A DNA stretch of 64,000 nucleotides from Promethearchaeota archaeon (GTDB lineage: Archaea > Asgardarchaeota > Lokiarchaeia > Sigyniarchaeales > SOKP01). This document shows positions 62,090 through 64,000 of this stretch, piece by piece. Location of the stretch: assembly GCA_048940605.1 (NCBI GenBank), contig JBHLOJ010000005.1:8254-72253 (forward strand), in the 5' to 3' direction. How positions within the stretch are numbered: the first letter of the stretch is position 1; the number at the start of each line of letters is the position of its first letter. The notes under the pieces were generated by a model. That model was not told the DNA's origin and did no database searches. It saw only the letters and a list, made by a program, of their open reading frames with translations. The position numbers and the translations under genes were made by a program.

Positions 62090-62680
62090 ATGAACATGGC
62101 TGATTTAAATCTTGAAGTAATGTATTTTGAAAATGGAGGTCCTAGTAATACAGAAAAAGCCTTAGAGATCGCTAAAAAATATGCTGATCAATTTAAAATT
62201 AAAGATATTATAATGGCTAGCACCACAGGTACAACAGCAGAAAAATCTCTTGAATATTTTAGCCCAAATGAATATAATTTGGTAGTTATTACACATTCAT
62301 ATTACTTTGTAGGAGTAAAAAATAGACAAGAATTCCCTGAAGAGAAAATGGCAAATCTAAAAAATGCGGGATTGAAATTCTTTATAGGCACGCATGCTTT
62401 TGCCGGTCCGGAGAGGAGTATGAGAATTTCGTTAAAACAATGGGGTCCTGTTGAAATAATGGCCAAATATCTACGAACAAATTTTAGTCAAGGGATGAAA
62501 GTTTGTATGGAAATCGCAATTATGGCGGCTGATGCTGGTTTAATAGAAGATCTAGAAAGAGATATTATCTGTATAGGAGGAACTGGTCGAGGAGCAGATA
62601 CCGTATGCGTTATTAAACCTGCACCTACCAGCCTATTTGACACACTACGAGTTAAAATGATATTGTGTAAACCACTATAA
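62090..62680 (+). CDS. pyruvate kinase C-terminal (alpha/beta) domain-like protein
   Basis: YFENGGPSNTEKALEIA, ASTTGTTA, VVITH, KVCMEIAIMAADAGLI and GGTGRGADT match the conserved archaeal PK_C-like family. Confidence 0.5.
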   Translation: MNMADLNLEVMYFENGGPSNTEKALEIAKKYADQFKIKDIIMASTTGTTAEKSLEYFSPNEYNLVVITHSYYFVGVKNRQEFPEEKMANLKNAGLKFFIGTHAFAGPERSMRISLKQWGPVEIMAKYLRTNFSQGMKVCMEIAIMAADAGLIEDLERDIICIGGTGRGADTVCVIKPAPTSLFDTLRVKMILCKPL

Positions 62681-62720
62681 CTAATGAAAAGAATAGTAAG
62701 AAATGAAATAAAACTAGATT

Positions 62721-63908
62721 TTAAATAATTTTTAATTTTTTTCCAACTTTTTCAATCGCACTTAAAGCCATATTTAAGTCTTCTTTTGTTAACAACGCAT
62801 TCATCTGGACTCTGATTCTCGAGAGTTCTCTTGCTACCATTGGAAATACAATAGGAGTGCCGTATATATTTTCTTCTTCAAAAAGCACTCTGGCTAGCTC
62901 TTGGGCTTTACCAGGATCTCCAATTATTAATGGAATGATTGGTGTTTCCGAATTTCCTGTATTATAACCCATACTTTGAACTTCTTTTTTAAAGTAATTT
63001 GTATTTTCCCAAACATTTTTAACATGTTGTGGCTCATTCTCGACCACTTCAATAGATGCAATATTAGCAGCAACGACACCTGGTGGATGTGCCGTGCTGA
63101 GTAAATAGGTTCTGCTTTTATTCGCACAAAATTCGATTAAATTTTTTGAACCCGCAACAGTGCCACCAAAAACGCCAAAACCTTTACTCATTGATCCTCC
63201 TTCTACATGAACTTTTCCTTGTAGGTTGAAATGAGCAACAATTCCTCTACCTTCTCCTAGAACACCCTCTCCATGGCAATCATCTACAAAAATCATAGCC
63301 CCAAAGTCTTCTGCTACTTTTGCTATTCCCGGTAAAGGAGCCATATCTCCATCCATAGAGAAGACACCATCGGTTATTATACAAATTCGTCTTGCTCCCT
63401 CCTTTTCAGCTTCTTTTAATTGTCTTTCTAAATCCCCAACATCAGTGTGTTTATAAATTATTCTTTTTGCTCCAGACAGACGTACACCATCGATAATAGA
63501 TCCATGATTCAATTCATCAGACACTACGATATCAGGTTTTCCTACTAACATGGGGATTAATCCTGAATTAACTGCAAATCCAGTTTGACATAAAAGAGAG
63601 GCTTCTACTTCTTTAAACTTGGCAAATTTCTCTTGAAACTCTCGTGTTAAATCAAAACTTCCAGCAATAACAGGTACAGCTCCTGCACCAGCGCCATACT
63701 TTTTCGTAGCATCTATAGTAGCTTGTATAATTTTTGGATGGGTTGCGAGACCAAGATAATTGTTAGTATTTAACATCAGTACTTCTTTACCATCAACGGT
63801 AGAATGGGGTTTAGATCCTTGTTCTAAGTATCTAATTATCCACTCTAAGTTATTTTTTCTTAATTCAATCATATCCTCTTTAAGGAATGCGACAGGATCT
63901 CTTTTCAT
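62721..63908 (-). CDS. PLP-dependent alpha-oxoamine synthase (glycine C-acetyltransferase Kbl / 8-amino-7-oxononanoate synthase family)
   Basis: NNYLGLATHP, SDELNHGSIIDG, FVDDCHGEGVLG, PLP-Lys GSMSKGFG. Confidence 0.8.
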   Translation of the reverse strand: MKRDPVAFLKEDMIELRKNNLEWIIRYLEQGSKPHSTVDGKEVLMLNTNNYLGLATHPKIIQATIDATKKYGAGAGAVPVIAGSFDLTREFQEKFAKFKEVEASLLCQTGFAVNSGLIPMLVGKPDIVVSDELNHGSIIDGVRLSGAKRIIYKHTDVGDLERQLKEAEKEGARRICIITDGVFSMDGDMAPLPGIAKVAEDFGAMIFVDDCHGEGVLGEGRGIVAHFNLQGKVHVEGGSMSKGFGVFGGTVAGSKNLIEFCANKSRTYLLSTAHPPGVVAANIASIEVVENEPQHVKNVWENTNYFKKEVQSMGYNTGNSETPIIPLIIGDPGKAQELARVLFEEENIYGTPIVFPMVARELSRIRVQMNALLTKEDLNMALSAIEKVGKKLKII

Positions 63909-64000
63909 TATATCACCATAATTTTTTTATAAAACAAGTAAGTGAAATTATAAGTTATTGGTATTTTGAAAACTATTTTAGTTTTTCTCATTAGAACCAT

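Noticed and set aside
1-64000. Looked for rRNA, tRNA, CRISPR arrays, transposases, integrases and prophage genes.
   Set aside because: Intergenic DNA contains no G/C-rich islands typical of structured RNAs in an AT-rich archaeal genome. There are no regularly spaced direct repeats. No ORF carries DDE, tyrosine-recombinase or serine-recombinase motifs.

Overview
Visibly AT-rich (roughly 30% G+C by eye), gene-dense archaeal chromosomal segment. It holds about 60 protein-coding genes. I found no rRNA, tRNA, CRISPR array, transposase or integrase. Archaeal hallmarks: TATA-binding protein, fused ADP-forming acetyl-CoA synthetase, MtrH, Ogg2-type glycosylase, UPF0147, an archaeosortase-like protein and oligo-T tracts after genes. 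Housekeeping content: HypC and CooC Ni-maturation factors; endonuclease V; cyclophilin; an ABC-2 exporter pair; ACD, a stand-alone PtaN-like DRTGG protein and alanine aminotransferase; an ACT-hom-LOG-like-thrC operon; PEP synthase; cysE-cysK; Hsp20; a Kbl/BioF-type acyltransferase. The striking feature is a concentration of eukaryote-signature regulatory GTPase machinery, which suggests an Asgard (Lokiarchaeia-like) origin (inference). There are six Ras-superfamily GTPases between 25 and 53.6 kb. Three carry Rag/Gtr1-family signatures (TSI[YF]D G5 region, SPNR/YPK junction, C-terminal roadblock domain, and HKYD in the G4 motif of one). Two of these Rag-like proteins and two tandem Rab-like proteins share one novel N-terminal domain of about 150 aa with a predicted longin-like order of strands and helices. 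A Zn-ribbon/Roadblock-LC7 protein sits next to the minimal Rag-like GTPase. A second, different longin-like + winged-helix module occurs twice. One copy is the cytoplasmic tail of a 1391-aa, sequon-rich surface protein. The other is a soluble gene whose N-terminal strands are cut off by an in-frame TAA. Smaller oddities: an NrdD-like protein without a glycyl-radical C-terminus, a divergent TBP, an L13e-like/HhH fusion, a Trm9-like methyltransferase, a relic 3' gene fragment, and a 143-bp element bounded by inverted repeats. All domain calls rest on motif recognition by eye. No searches were run.
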